Source: Podarcis muralis | Taxonomy: Eukaryota | Reading direction: 5' to 3' | Assembly: GCF_964188315.1 (NCBI RefSeq) | Contig: NC_135662.1 | Coordinates: 59,706,001 to 59,770,000 of the forward strand | DNA length: 64,000 nucleotides | Shown here: piece after piece, positions 22,820-35,167 of the stretch | Layout: each line of letters opens with the position of its first letter | How positions within the stretch are numbered: the first letter of the stretch is position 1 | Position numbers and translations under genes: made by a program | Notes under the pieces: generated by a model | Database searches by the model: none | Told to the model about the DNA's origin: nothing | The model's input: the letters and a program-made list of their open reading frames with translations, nothing else

Positions 22820-23590
22820 TCTACTGACAAAATGAATTTCAATGGGGGAAAATGTAAGGTTCTACATTTGTAAGGCAGGAGTAATCTGATGGACATATAT
22901 AGGATGAGGGACACCTGGCTTGACTGCAGTAGATGTAAAAAACGGATCTAGAGATCTTAGTAAACCACAAGCTTAACATGAATGTGATGCAGCAGAAAAA
23001 AGCTAATGCAATTCTAAGATGCATCAACAGACATCTAGTGGCCAGCTCAAGGGAAGTAATAGTGCTGCTCTATTCGGCCTTGATTGGACCCCACCTGTAC
23101 TGTGTCCAGTTCTGGACACCACAGTTTAAGGGGGATATTGACAAGCTAGAACACGTGCAGAGGAGGACAACCAAGATGATCAAGGGTCTGGAAACCAAGC
23201 CTTATGAGGAACAGTTGAGGGGGTTTGGTATGTTTAGCCTGGAAGAGAGAAGATTGAAGGTGATATGATAGCAGTCTTCAAATCCCCTGAAGGGATGTCA
23301 TGTGGAAGATGGAGAAAGCTTGTCTTCTGCAGCTCCAGAAGGCAAGATTTGAACCAATGGATTAAATTACAAGATAGGAAATTCCAATTAAACATTGGGA
23401 AGAACTTTCTGATGGTAAGAGCTGTTCAACAGTGGAACGGACTACATCAGAGGGTGGTTGGTTCTCCTTCATTGGAGATTCCTAAACAGATGTTGGATGG
23501 CCATCTGCCAGGGATTCCTTAGCTGTGATTCTTGCATTGCAGGGGGCTGGATTAGATGACCCTTGGGGTCCCTTCCAACTTTCTATACTG
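22820..23590 (+). mobile_element. 5'-truncated CR1 LINE (ORF2 C-terminus and 3' UTR)
   Basis: KKANAILRCINR..REVIVLLYSALIGPHLYCVQFWTPQFKGDIDKLEHVQRRTTKMIKGLE peptide; GGTCCCTTCCAAC terminal motif. Confidence 0.92.
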
Positions 23591-23593
23591 CAT

Positions 23594-23870
23594 GAGACCA
23601 TTAGTCCATCAATCTCAGTACTGTCTATAGTCAGTGGCGTAGCGTGGGTTGTCAGCACCCGGGGCAAGGCAAGTAATTTGCGCCCCCTAACCCGTGGATT
23701 TGCGCCCCCTAACCCGTGGATTTGTGCCCCCTAACCCGTGGATTTGCCCTAACCCCAGATGTTGCGCCCGGTGCGGCCGGCCCCCCCTGCACCCCCCACG
23801 CTACAACACTGTCTATAGTGACTGGCAGTACTTCTCCAGGATTTCAGATGGGGGTCTTTCCCACCCTAGT
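23594..23870 (-). mobile_element. Squam2-like SINE fragment split by a hAT MITE
   Basis: GAGACCATTAGTCCATC..CAGTACTGTCTATAGT|GACTGGCAG..CTCCAGGATTTCAG..GGGTCTTTCCCA is continuous across the MITE. Confidence 0.6.
23632..23811. mobile_element. hAT MITE with internal 22-bp minisatellite
   Basis: TIRs CAGTGGCGTAGCGTGGG / CCCACGCTACAACACTG; exact 8-bp TSD TCTATAGT (23624-23631, 23812-23819); about 3 units of GCGCCCCCTAACCCGTGGATTT. Confidence 0.9.
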
Positions 23871-24160
23871 GAGTTTACTCTCCCAAGTAAGCATACAAGG
23901 GATTTTTTTGGTCCAACACACCAATACAACTACTGTTCTAGAAAGGAAAAAGTAACAATGCTGCTACAGTTAAAGATCCTGTTTACAGAAAAAGGACCCA
24001 AGCAGAATAAAGGAATTTAGTTTCTCTAAACTTTGCATGTTACTTTGCTTATATGGTCCCTTCCTGCATTTCTTGGTTGTTTTTATTGTGGTCATTGGAG
24101 CTTCAGCTTAGAGTCCTAGTAATCACATGAAACTTGGAAAAGATCTCCCACCCACCCGCC

Positions 24161-24176
24161 CTCTCTCTCTCTCTCA

Positions 24177-24210
<34 letters not shown>
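24161..24210. repeat. (CT)n(CA)n microsatellite
   Basis: Direct reading. Confidence 0.95.
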
Positions 24211-24213
<3 letters not shown>

Positions 24214-24329
24214 CAACCTATTCCCATGAAACCACAGAAATTGTGTGTATTGGAATACAGAAAAACAAGCAGGTGCACCCATGTTTGGCAATGTTCAGCA
24301 ATATCAATTTCATATTATGTAGCTGGTAA

Positions 24330-24530
24330 TGTGGTTTTTACTGTAAATATCTATATTGTGTGTAGATGGATGGATAGTTTTAAATTCTATCTATGTTTAA
24401 TTGTTTTTAATGATTTTCCCTCCTATGTTTTAATTATTTTCTATCCGTAAGCCACCTTGAGTCCCTGTCAGGGAAAAAGGCGGGGTATAAATTTAAAATG
24501 ATTATTGTGATGATGGTGATGATTATATCT
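24330..24530 (+). mobile_element. L2-type 3' UTR remnant
   Basis: GTAAGCCACCTTGAGTCC..GAAAAAGGCGGGGTATAAAT plus GAT tail. Confidence 0.6.
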
Positions 24531-25247
24531 TGTTAATGCAAGGCCCAGCTAATATGCAACACAAAGACAATGAAAACTCAGAACAAAGGTATTTGGCACT
24601 GGCAGATAAGTAAACATTTGTAAATGCTGCAACCTTAACCCAGTGATTCAATAGCACTCAAAAATTGCATTTTTAGTAGGAGTCAATCTTTACAGTCAGA
24701 AACTCTAGTGTTCTACTCAATTTCGGCCAGTACAGATTAAGAGCTTGTTGCCACTGAATGCATTGCTTGCTAAGAACACCTGCCTTCTTAGCTATGGTCC
24801 CTTAAGGCATCAGGCTTCTCTTTATTTGCCTGCTACAGTTTATTTTCAAAACATAGACAATGTTCTCCCAAAGATGCCAAAGTCCAATGCTCAGAGGCAC
24901 ATATACAGGACCAACCTAGCAACTTTATAAACTAGGTGAGCAAGCAATAGAGCAAACAGTAGAACTGGGTGGGTTTTTTTAGAAAAAATAGCAAGGCTAT
25001 CAACTTTCCTTTTTAAAAACAGAGCAAGCTTCCCTCGTGGTTGTAAAAGGGCACAGCCAGGAGAGGTGATGCAGACCATTTCAGGCATCCAGGCATGTCT
25101 TCCAGTTATCATGGTTATTCTGTGGCTCCCATAAGCAATTCTTGTCTAGTCCTCCCAATGGGCTTCTGCCATGTTCCCCTTTACTCATCCTATAACTTAA
25201 TTCTGCTGGAGGGGTTGGGAGGTAGAGGGAGGACTGAACTCTTCACA

Positions 25248-25330
25248 CCACCATCACAAATTGTTTGTTTGTATACCGCCCTATACCCATAGATCTCAGG
25301 GTGGTTCACAACACAAAATTACAATACCAA
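25248..25330 (-). mobile_element. L2-type 3' tip
   Basis: TTTGTATACCGCCCTATA..GATCTCAGGGTGGTTCACA, the reverse complement of an L2 end. Confidence 0.55.
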
Positions 25331-25529
25331 AGCAAGAAAAGAAAACCTATCCAGCTCTGATATATACAACTGGCAAACCTGATCCAATTCTCAATTCCAG
25401 CTCATTTAACTTGACTGGGAACCAAGATCAGCACCTTTCGCATGCCACATAATATCAGCATGCTGTTTGCCAAGAAAGGGGCAGAGTTTCAGGTCTGAGT
25501 GTACTAAAGCCCTTAATGTATCTGCACCT

Positions 25530-25585
25530 TGTGGTTTCATCGTGTTGCTTCGCCTTGTGGTTTAACTCTGGTCACCATGTGGTTT
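25530..25585 (+). promoter_or_regulatory. Cluster of three RUNX consensus sites
   Basis: TGTGGTTT at 25530, 25556 and 25578. Confidence 0.35.
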
Positions 25586-26179
25586 GGTACCTGCTGACTA
25601 ACTCTGGCATCCTTCCACTGAAAACAAGGCTCCAGGAAACCAGAAGTTCATTCTGAGGTGAGGAGAAGACAAGACACTCACTGCCCAAAGTAGTTAATGG
25701 GAAAACCCACTAAGTGACACATCCCCAAGAGCTCAGTTTAGAAATGAAGAACATAATGCTGGTCGTTCTGGAGACAAGAGTAGAGAACCAGAGCTCCTCT
25801 GACTCTAGCTATCAGATTATGAGAAGAACAGAAATGCACCACAAGTTTAAGAGCCCGCTCCATTCAGAGCACCAAACAAAGGTAAACAAGCTCAGAGCAA
25901 GGAAGGTTTCACCTGATGAGTAAAGACTTTGGGGGAAGCAATCGCAGAAGTCATGCCCAGCTTTCTTTAGGTTGTTTGAAGAATAAAAAGGAGCTGAATC
26001 GACAGTGAAAGAGGATGCTATTAGAAAACCTTTTGGATATGTTGTAAAGTGTAACTGGCAGAAACTTTGCCACATCATTTGCTCAAACTTTGCTCAAGCC
26101 ACCCAATGGAAACAGCCGCTCTTCATCACAACTCCAAACCCACAGCATTCAGCTTAAAAAGGGATTGCTGTACAAGCAA

Positions 26180-26582
26180 CATTACTTATGAGGGACGGAT
26201 GAAGGAGCTGGGTGTGTTTAGCCTGGAAAAGAGGAAACTGAGAGGAGATACAACAGCCATCTTCAAATATCTAAAGGGCTGTTGTATCTCCTCTCAGTTT
26301 CCTCTTTTCCAGGCTAAACACAAGGGAACTAGCTTGTTTTCTTCTGCTCTGGAGGGGTAGGACTTGAACCAATGGCTTCAAGTTACAAGAAAGGAGATTC
26401 CGAATACACATCAGGCAGAACTTTCTGACACTAAGAGCTGTTTGACAGTGGAATGCCTCAGGAGGTTGGGAGCTCTCCTTCCTTGGAGGTTTCTAAGCAG
26501 AGGTTGGATGGCCATCTTTCATGGATGCTTTAGCCAAGACCCTTGGGGTCCCTTCCAACTCTACGATTCTATGATTCCATGA
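26180..26582 (+). mobile_element. CR1 LINE 3' end
   Basis: YEGRMKELGVFSLEKRKLRGD..IFKYLKG peptide; GGTCCCTTCCAACTCTACGATTCTATGATT tail. Confidence 0.9.
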
Positions 26583-26745
26583 CTGTATCCACTCAGAGTC
26601 CTGTACAAGTGTCCAAGCTCAATATACATGTACACATGAAAGACAGGATGGGGCTTACACCTGCAGATCCTGCCTCTGAACCTCAGACACCGATACTAAT
26701 TTATGTGCAAAAGTCCAAACAAGCATACCTCCAATGCACATAGGC

Positions 26746-26867
26746 CAGGCTTCCTCAAACTCGGCCCTCCAGAGGTTTTTGGCCTAGAACTCCCATGATC
26801 CCAGTGGTCAGGGATGATGGGAACTGTAGTCACAAAACATCTGGAGGGCTGAGTTTGAGGAAACCTG
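26746..26867. mobile_element. Palindromic hAT MITE
   Basis: CAGGCTTCCTCAAACTC...GAGTTTGAGGAAACCTG; exact 8-bp TSD ACATAGGC. Confidence 0.9.
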
Positions 26868-27929
26868 ACATAGGCTATGAACACATATCCTGTACCCTGC
26901 AGGAAAGGAAAATAGGAATCATACATTCAGAACCTATGAGTGTAGACCTCCTGGTCCCTGCAGGTGTAAGTCCAGGAGGCATGATAATCGTTCTCTTCCC
27001 ATGTGTTGCATTTATTCCCAGTTTATCAGCTAAGGTGAACGTGGCATAAAGAAGAACAGAAATTCCACAATAGTAGATCCCCACAACTTCACAGATACTG
27101 AAGCCGCATCTTCAGAAATATATCTGGCACATATTAAGGCAGAGAAATCATACTACACCATTTCTTTAAACCTTCCAAGATATTTAACTGGAGTTCAGGG
27201 CATTATAACTGACTTACACTCTGTGAAGCAAACTCTTAAAGCAACAGTCATTCACAGGAAAAGTGCAAAAGGCACTTCACACTAGGATGATGGAACAAGA
27301 CACTGTATCCAAAATTACTATAAATATGCAGACACATAAGCATGTGGCTTTCATTTTCTGCCTAGAATAGTAAAACTACAATAGGAACTAAAAATATGTA
27401 TATTCTGTATATTATTCCTGAAGTTTAAAAACAATTAGAGAAAACAAAAAACTATGTCTCTATAGTCAGACATAGTTCCACCATGCAAGGTATTTATGGA
27501 CTTGTGCTGCAAATTACATGACACAAACAGAAAGTATGTATCTTTTCAAAAAGATCCTCTCCTTAGCATCTTTCAGATCATCCTTTTATTTAAAGAACAG
27601 AACTGAAGTTTCCATTAGGAGTGAACAAATTTAAAATGATCACTTGGTTTGAAATCATCTTAAAGACTTTTCAGTGTTTTCCCCACACAAGTGAGCATTT
27701 ATTTCTGCAAAGCTATACTGATAAAACCAACATAGTTCACCACCCCTAGCAAAGAAAGTGCATAAGTTACTGCAGTTAATTGGCATTTAATTTCTAAGAA
27801 ACCCATTTTTGCCTCAGATGAACTACAGTGCTGGCTGTGTATGTTTAAAAAAAACCCAAGTACCCAAAATGATTGGGTTTCACCTCCTTTTCCCCTTTAG
27901 GAACTGGAAAGGAAAACGACAGCCCTTAC

Positions 27930-28620
27930 TTAATTGCCCCCGCTATAAAGAAATGCAGATCGTCCCAGCATACCTTGCCAAAAGAGAGCAGGATTCGCTC
28001 CCAAACGTTTGACTTTTCAATAGCTTCACTCACACTTCAGCGCCTCCAAGACATGTCACCGCCAGCAAAAGCTCAGAGTCTGGAGAAACGCGTTTCATTT
28101 CTCGCCGCTTCCTTCCTTCTCCCAGCATCTGAAAGCTTCACACGTTATAGGTCTGGAGCAGGGCTCATCTCTCAACCGTCTCGTCGCTCCGAAGAATAAT
28201 CTCCTCCCAGCTATTAAGAGCATGTTGCCATTATTTCTTAAAATGCACGTCGCGCACATATGCAGTAGCTGTAAGAAAGCTACACTTATTTATACAGGAA
28301 GCTCAAGCCACAGCAACACTTCCTACTTCCAAGTCTCATTTCAAATGCAGGTGATTGTTTTTAACCCTCCAGGAACCCAGATGCTACATAGCACAACTTC
28401 CTTTGCTGTTAAAATGAACAACTTCTTGCTGAACTCCGAGTGGATAAACGCAGGAGAGTGATCGCCCCAACCTCCCAGTTTTAGGTGTGGCTAAATATTC
28501 AAATACAGATAGATGCGCCCAATATTGTTCATATGGCAGAAAGCCACGTATAGCCAGCTTAGGATTGTTACCTTTCATTTCCAGCAGGCTCCTGTGCCTT
28601 TAACAGCTGCAGGATAGGCA
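27930..28620 (-). promoter_or_regulatory. CpG-enriched, repeat-free segment; candidate RNF144B promoter and first exon
   Basis: Many CpGs against a depleted background; minus-strand TATAAATA at 28294-28287; minus-strand donor AAG|GTATGC at 27973-27968. Confidence 0.45.
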
Positions 28621-29022
28621 GAAAAACAACAGCGGTGCCTTAAAGGTCTGCACCTGTTTAATTTCTGCTTGTGACAGATCTGTTTAAAGGTACAGGAACC
28701 CAATGGGGGGGGGGAGGTGGCAACCCCATCCAGAGACAGGGAGAAAATGATTGATTGCGCACTTCATATCTATGATATGGTGGTAGTATTTTTTTAATAC
28801 TTCTGTTTTAAGAATTGCCTCAAAATCTGGGAATAGTAGGAGGGAAACTACTTTGGATAATGGCAAAAAATTAGAGCACACTCCTAAAAATATGGCACTG
28901 GAGGGCAAATCTGGCTGTAACTGGAAAAGGGGTGGTGGTATGTTATATGTACACACACACACACACACATTCTTCTTTGGCAATCACTCCTAGCTGAGTA
29001 AGATTACACGTTTATCCCTTTT

Positions 29023-29145
29023 GTCCTGAGTTTGAGCATCTTCAAAGTCCATGACACCTTTGGTAAAGGCTTTTCTACAAGTGGAGCGCTCACAGGCCAG
29101 TGTTTCCCAGTTGTCGGTGTTTATACTACTATATCACATAAGTTA
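29023..29145 (-). mobile_element. RTE LINE fragment, same family as 13750
   Basis: GTCCTGAGTTTGAGCATCTTCAAAGTCCATGACACCTTTGGTAAAGGC is the reverse complement of ~14170-14218. Confidence 0.8.
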
Positions 29146-30477
29146 AAAAAAAACAGGGTGGGAAAATCTTTGTTTAGCATGAGGCAGCATTTCCCCATGG
29201 GCAACTCTGTGGGAACCAGATGGCAGTAGTTGGTGCAGCCAGAGGCAAAATGTAACCTACTATACTATACAAAAGTAAGGATCAAATCAATTTTTTGTCT
29301 AGAATGTACAGCAAATTTCTCATCACCCTGTGCCGGATTGGTGATAATTGCAAGTGGTGGAATAGCACGAGGCCAGATTGAAGGAACTTTTTTGTGTCAC
29401 CTATGACACTGTCCCCGAGGCTTGTCCTTTGCAACCACCCCAAGCTGCATACTCTAGTAAAAGGAGTCCAGGAGCCAGAAAGGGAAAGAGATTACAAGTT
29501 GTGCATGAAGGGGAATTCCTGAGGAATGTAGGTTGGGTTGTGAGGAGGAGGTTAAGGAGAAGGAAGAAAAAGAGAAGAGACAGTCTAAGGACTGACAAGG
29601 AAATGAATTCATGCTGAATGTATGTGCTGCATGAGGCCACTGGCATGGGGAGACAAGAGAGTGATTTTTTTGTAAGGAATGAAGAAGATTGAGAAGTGGA
29701 GTTTTGTGTTACAACCCAGGGGTTCTATATGCAGTTTTTTTATATCCTTGCTTTGCTATCCGATACCTCCTGAAATATAAGATTCATTTCAGCATGCTAC
29801 CAGAAAAATCAAAATCAGTCTACTTTTATTCACGTATCAGTCTTGATCTGCAGACTTGAAGTTTTAATTATCCCCTTGAGCTAAACCATAATTAAGCTAT
29901 CTTATGTAAGGTGTTCAGCTGTGAATATAGCCTATCAAACAGAATTTAATAAAACTCTTTTAAGAAGCTTCAGTGATAACATGGGCTCTTCAATATGGGA
30001 AGGAATGCAACAAACCATGTCACCACAGGTATCTCTCATTCTCCCATACCAGAAGCAAATACTGTACAGAAGTTACTGGTGGGTTTTTCCTCCTCTAAAC
30101 ATTTCCTTCACCTGATATAGATAAATAAAATAAGATAAGTAAAAATAGTTAAGATGAATGAAATGAACAATCCAATGTCGCTGAAGTCCACACAATGAAG
30201 AAAAGGAAATAACTTTTTAATGTAGATAGCTCTGTTAGCTCTGAACTAGCTCAGCATAGCCCTTAAACAAATATATATTATGTGTCAAATGCCATCACTG
30301 ACCACGTGTTAAAACTGAGATCTGATAGGTGGTGGGGCATTGAACAATCTGTAAATAGATGTCCCAAATGATTCAACGACTGAGCTTCTGGACTTCGAAG
30401 AGATTGATTCAGGCACCAGCTCAACCACATCAAGTAGCCTGACTAATCCATTTCACAAAATAGTTGTACAAATACTT

Positions 30478-30944
30478 GTTGTTGTTGTTGTTTAGTTGTT
30501 GACCACATGGACCAGAGCACGCCAGGCACTCCTGTCTTCCACTGCCTCCCGCAGTTTGGTCAGACTCATGCTGGTAGCTTCGAGAACACCATCCAACCAT
30601 CTCATCCTCTGTCGTCCCCTTCTCCTTGTGCCCTCCATCTTTCGCAACATCAGGGTCTTTTCCAGGGAGTCTTCTCTTCTCATGAGGTGGCCAAAGTATT
30701 GGAGCCTCAGCTTCACGATCTGTCCTTCCAGTGATTTCCTTAAGAATGAATAGGTTTGATCTTCTTGCAGTCCATGGGACTCTCAAGAGTCTTCTCCAGC
30801 ACCATAATTCAAAAGCATCAATTCTTCGGTGATCAGCCTTCTTTATGGTCCAGATCTCACTTCCATACATCACTACTGGGAAAACCATGGCTTTAACTAT
30901 ACGGACCTTTGTTGGCAAGGTGATGTCTCTGCTTTTTAACATGC
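30478..30944 (-). mobile_element. 5'-truncated BovB (RTE-BovB) LINE
   Basis: SMLKSRDITLPTKVRIVKAMVFPVVMYG..LKLQYFGHLMRR-type peptides; (CAA)n tail; exact 13-bp TSD TGTACAAATACTT (30465-30477, 30945-30957). Confidence 0.95.
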
Positions 30945-32806
30945 TGTACAAATACTTAAGAACCTTTAATCACTTTGTAAAAGTAAAGTGATTAACACTG
31001 ATTTAAGAAAAGTTCATCCCTTGCAACCATTCACCCAGGTCATTCTGGGGGTGCTTGCCACATGATAGGTTAAAAAAAAAAAAGAGCACAAAGTTGGTCT
31101 TGGGAGCAGCCTCATCCAATTTGGTTTTAGATGAATACATATGTAATCCAACCAGCTAACTGTGTAATCCTATAAAGGTCAGTTCAGAAGTAAACTCCAA
31201 TGTGATGTTCTACCAAACAGGGAGGTGTGTATAATATTGGGTTGCAGCCTAAGATTAAAGAGAAGCCTTCTATTCAGGATTGTGTAATCAGGTCACATAG
31301 TTCTAAAGTGTAGATCTTACCAGACATATACTAGCTACAAATTGCTTAAACCTTAAATATAGCATTTATTCCATCACTATATGCAAGCGTATGTCTTTTA
31401 GTGTATTTCGGACTGGTATAGCTAATAGCTTTGGAACATTTCAAGCCATGAATTAGAGCTGACCAAGAAAGGAAGGGTGTTAACATCCATCTTCAAAGAG
31501 AGGGAATGCTTTCATACATCAAAAGCAGGTCAAACTGTATGCCTATTATCAAGAGGTATTTGGCCAATTAAATATGTGCCTTACAAATTATTTATTAATT
31601 AAAAAGAACACAAATTTTGCATGTCTTCCTAAACCCCAATACAGGTGCCTCATAGAGATCCTGAAATGCAAGGAAACTTGCAATTTCTTGAACAAAAACC
31701 ACCCTCATTGCATTATGTCTTTAGCTCTCTTCAAGTCTCACCATCAAGAGTCAAGCAAGCACAGAAGGGGGGGGAGGGACAACACACTAGCTCTGCCCTC
31801 CCACCTGGCTGCCATTCCCCTTCTCCAATCCACCTGCTTCAACCTGATGCCCTCCAGATATCTAGAACTATGGTTTCTATCAGCCCTGGCCTTAGTTCAA
31901 AGCATCTGGAGTCCCAGGCTGGCAAAGGCAGCTCCAAGTGGAGAGCAAAGGGTGCCTTCTCTATTCATTCCAAAACATATATAGGTGATATTACCCTCCG
32001 CAAGTTGGAGGGCAACAAAAACAGCAATGGGCAGGAGCTAGTTCGCTCATCTCTGCTTCTCCTGCTTGTCCTCCTCATGTGTTTATTTAATTATTTCTGA
32101 AGAAGGCTTCTGTGACATTTCAAGAAGACCTCCAAATCAAACACCCAGTTGCATACCCGTATTCAAAATATTGTTATTCTACACTTAACACAAGTCACAT
32201 GGATATTTTTACATTGTACATAGCATGCACTACTAAAGAGATTTTGAAAACATTAAGCTGTTTAGAAATGGCTTTGAATACATAATATATAAATGCATAA
32301 ATAAACCCATGAAGAGGGATGTGTGATTCTTCTTTCCCCTCCCTCATGTGTTGACTGGAAACAGAGAACCCACCTGTGCATCACTGTATGTTTTCTCTCA
32401 GTGTGTGTGTGTTTTTTTCAGTATTTTGCAAACAGAAAAATGAGTGGTAGATTCACAGATTATGTGCAGGAAGTCAACTTTCCACATGGTCACTGTAAAT
32501 TCTCAAGAGGACTTAAAACTTTTTCCTAGACACCATTTTAACTCATTCCAAAGCATTTCAGTTTCAGAAAGCACAATATGGAAGCATTTAGCATTTTGTT
32601 TTGTTTCAGATTTAGGGCAGCTAGTTATCTCTGTAAGAGTTGTACAAACAGCAGTACAATTAGGCTACAGTTCTAATTGTTCTTGGGAATAAGGGCAAAT
32701 GAATACAGCAAAGCAAAGAACGCAGAATCAATACCAGGGTTGGGCAGTTTAAATCGTAACAGGTTATTATTAGCCATGTTCAGAAATTTGAATAGTCCTC
32801 AGATTA

Positions 32807-33060
32807 CAGTGGTACCTCTGGTTACGTACTTAATTCGTTCCGGAGGTCTGTTCTTAAACTGAAACTGTTCTTAACCTGAAGCACCACTTTAGCTAATGGG
32901 GTCTCCCGCTGCTGCTGCTGCTGCTGCTGTGCCGCCGCCACGCGATTTCTGTTCTCATCCTGAACCAAAGTTCTTAACCTGAGGTAATTTTTCTAGGTTA
33001 GCAGAGTCTGTAACCTGAAGCATATGTAACCTGTAGCGTATGCAACCCGAGGTACCACTG
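32807..33060. mobile_element. Tigger-like MITE, subfamily B
   Basis: TIRs and TA TSD; interior matches the copy at 13039. Confidence 0.9.
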
Positions 33061-33499
33061 TATATGACTATAACTTTCTGGCTTTGGCTGTGTGCCAAAA
33101 GTGATGCTATCTTTTTACAATTAATTACATGCCTTAATGACCTACCTAACGTTGCAACAATTCTAGGCAGTCAAGTTACATTGCACACATTGCACTGAAA
33201 ACTGGAAGATCAGGAAGACAGAGTTGGGCAAACAGATCATTTTCACTGTAATAAAGAACAAACACACAGTCCTGTAATCAGGGGAGAGGAAATACTCTCA
33301 GATCACAGATGTCGGCTTCTTGGGACCAATGCCTTCAGATGTTTTTTGCTGCCCCTTTATTACAGCACTCAAATTAAGTGAATTAAACACGCATCCCTTC
33401 ACTTTAATGCTAGAGTGTAAAAATAGTTTCACATTAAAATGCAGTAGAGTTCCCACTTGTTGCTTGCTCCATACTTCAGATTTAAATAATACACATCTA

Positions 33500-33850
33500 A
33501 AAGGTAAAGGGACCCCAACCATTAGGTCCAGTCGTGACCGGTACTCTGGGGTTGCGGCACTCATCTCGCTTTACTGGCCAAGGGAGCCGGCATACAGCTT
33601 CTGGGTCATGTGGCCAGCATGACTAAGCCACTTCTGGCGAACCAGAGCAGCGCACAAAAACACCATTTACCTTCCCGCCAGAGTGGTACCTATTTATCTA
33701 CTTGCACTTTGATGTGCTTTTGAACTGCTAGGTTGGCAGGAGCAGGGACCGAGCAACGGGAGCTCACCCCGTCGCAGGGATTCAAACTGCCGACCTTCTG
33801 ATCGGCAAGTCCTAGGCTCTGTGGTTTAACCCACAGCGCCACCCGCGTCC
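33500..33850 (-). mobile_element. Full-length Sauria SINE
   Basis: Colinear with the copy at 4249; 11-bp TSD ATACACATCTA (33489-33499, 33854-33864). Confidence 0.92.
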
Positions 33851-34124
33851 TACATACACATCTACACCTCTCTAAATGACATTACAATATAACTTTATGC
33901 ATATTGCTGACCATATTTCAGTATGAGCATTGATTTGATCCCAACTTTTAAATATTACTTCAGAATGTATCTCAAACTGTGTCAATTATTATATCTTGGC
34001 ACAAACAGAACTAATATAAATGTAAGCCTGGACGACTCCTGCAAATTGTCACATATTGAAAAGAATTTTAGACAGACTAGGGACCCCGGATAATGTAACA
34101 GGACACAAGAATCTTACACTATTA

Positions 34125-34235
34125 AGATAGCCTATCCATCTGGTGCTAGCCAGATGTTTTGGACTCCAACTCCCATCAGCCACCCCGGCCAATGACAAGG
34201 GATGATGGGGATTATATTTCAGTAGTACATCCAAC
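34125..34235. mobile_element. Hairpin hAT-like MITE remnant
   Basis: CAGATGTTTTGGACTCCAACTCCCATC...GGGATGATGGGG arms, related to 13498 and 26746. Confidence 0.5.
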
Positions 34236-34969
34236 TAGCAAAATACTCATCAGTAGGATGGACTGAGTGGGTATATTGAGGGGGTGTTCCTGTATGTTAC
34301 AGAGAAAGGTAGTTCAAAGGCGACCTACATCAGCCCCTTCATACAGCCTTCCAGAACCTGGTGCCATTCATGAAAACAATAATGTAAGCTATTTTGGAAG
34401 AGCCGAAATGTACTTTCTTGTGCAGTGCATTTCAGCTTCAGTACAAGTGAGTCATGGTGCTCTGACACTCAGCAGTTCTATTTTTCAGCATTTGACAGCA
34501 TAAATGTACAACCCCCCTCCACACACACAAAATAGCTACCAGGAAACAGCAAAATCTTGCCAATCTTTATTTCTGATATCTCATTTTCAAAAGTTCTCAT
34601 TACACTTATTTGTGGTACCTGACAATGAAAGCAAGATTTGAGTGCAGTTCTTCATTCTTATTCTTCTTTTTTGGAATCTCAGCTGTTCACTTAATGGAGA
34701 ATATAAAGGGCTGCTCTGGGAGGCACCACTGTGGTATGGGCTGGATCTGACCCTGGTGAGCTCAGAAGCTAGGGAGAGAGGCGGGTTTTGCCCCATCTTA
34801 AATGTATTCCAGATCGCAATCTGTTTGATTTCTCCTGTTGAATTTTCTGGAAGTCATTGGAAAATTGGCATGGGAGCACTTCTAGGGGTCAAGATGATGG
34901 CCTACTAACTGTGAAGCTTCCTTGCTGTCCAGCTACTTTACTAGTAGCTCCTTTGCTAGAAGCATTGGA

Positions 34970-35126
34970 TACTGCCTTAAGAGTTAAGTCATCAGTCCAG
35001 TTCAGAAGATCTTCAAAGGTTCAGGCAGAAGTCTTTTCCCACCCCTTTCCAAAAAAGCCAAGGACTGAACCTGGGACCTTCTGCAAGAAAAGCATGTGCT
35101 CTACTACTGAGCTACAGCCCTTGCCC
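34970..35126 (-). mobile_element. Squam2-like tRNA-derived SINE
   Basis: Minus strand GGGCTGTAGCTCAGTAGTAGAGCACATGC..GCAGAAGGTCCCAGGTTCAGTCC (A and B boxes). Confidence 0.7.
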
Positions 35127-35167
35127 ATTTGCTTGGGTGGGAATGATACAGAGGCTCATTGCCCACT

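Noticed and set aside
23680-23760. CRISPR-like array or interstitial telomere
   Set aside because: A spacerless 22-bp minisatellite inside a hAT MITE in eukaryotic DNA; not tandem TTAGGG.
25912-25960. Hammerhead core CTGATGAG
   Set aside because: No stem II or GAAA box follows.
28049-28227. Full p53 response element
   Set aside because: Only two isolated, imperfect half-sites ~160 bp apart, not a canonical tandem pair.
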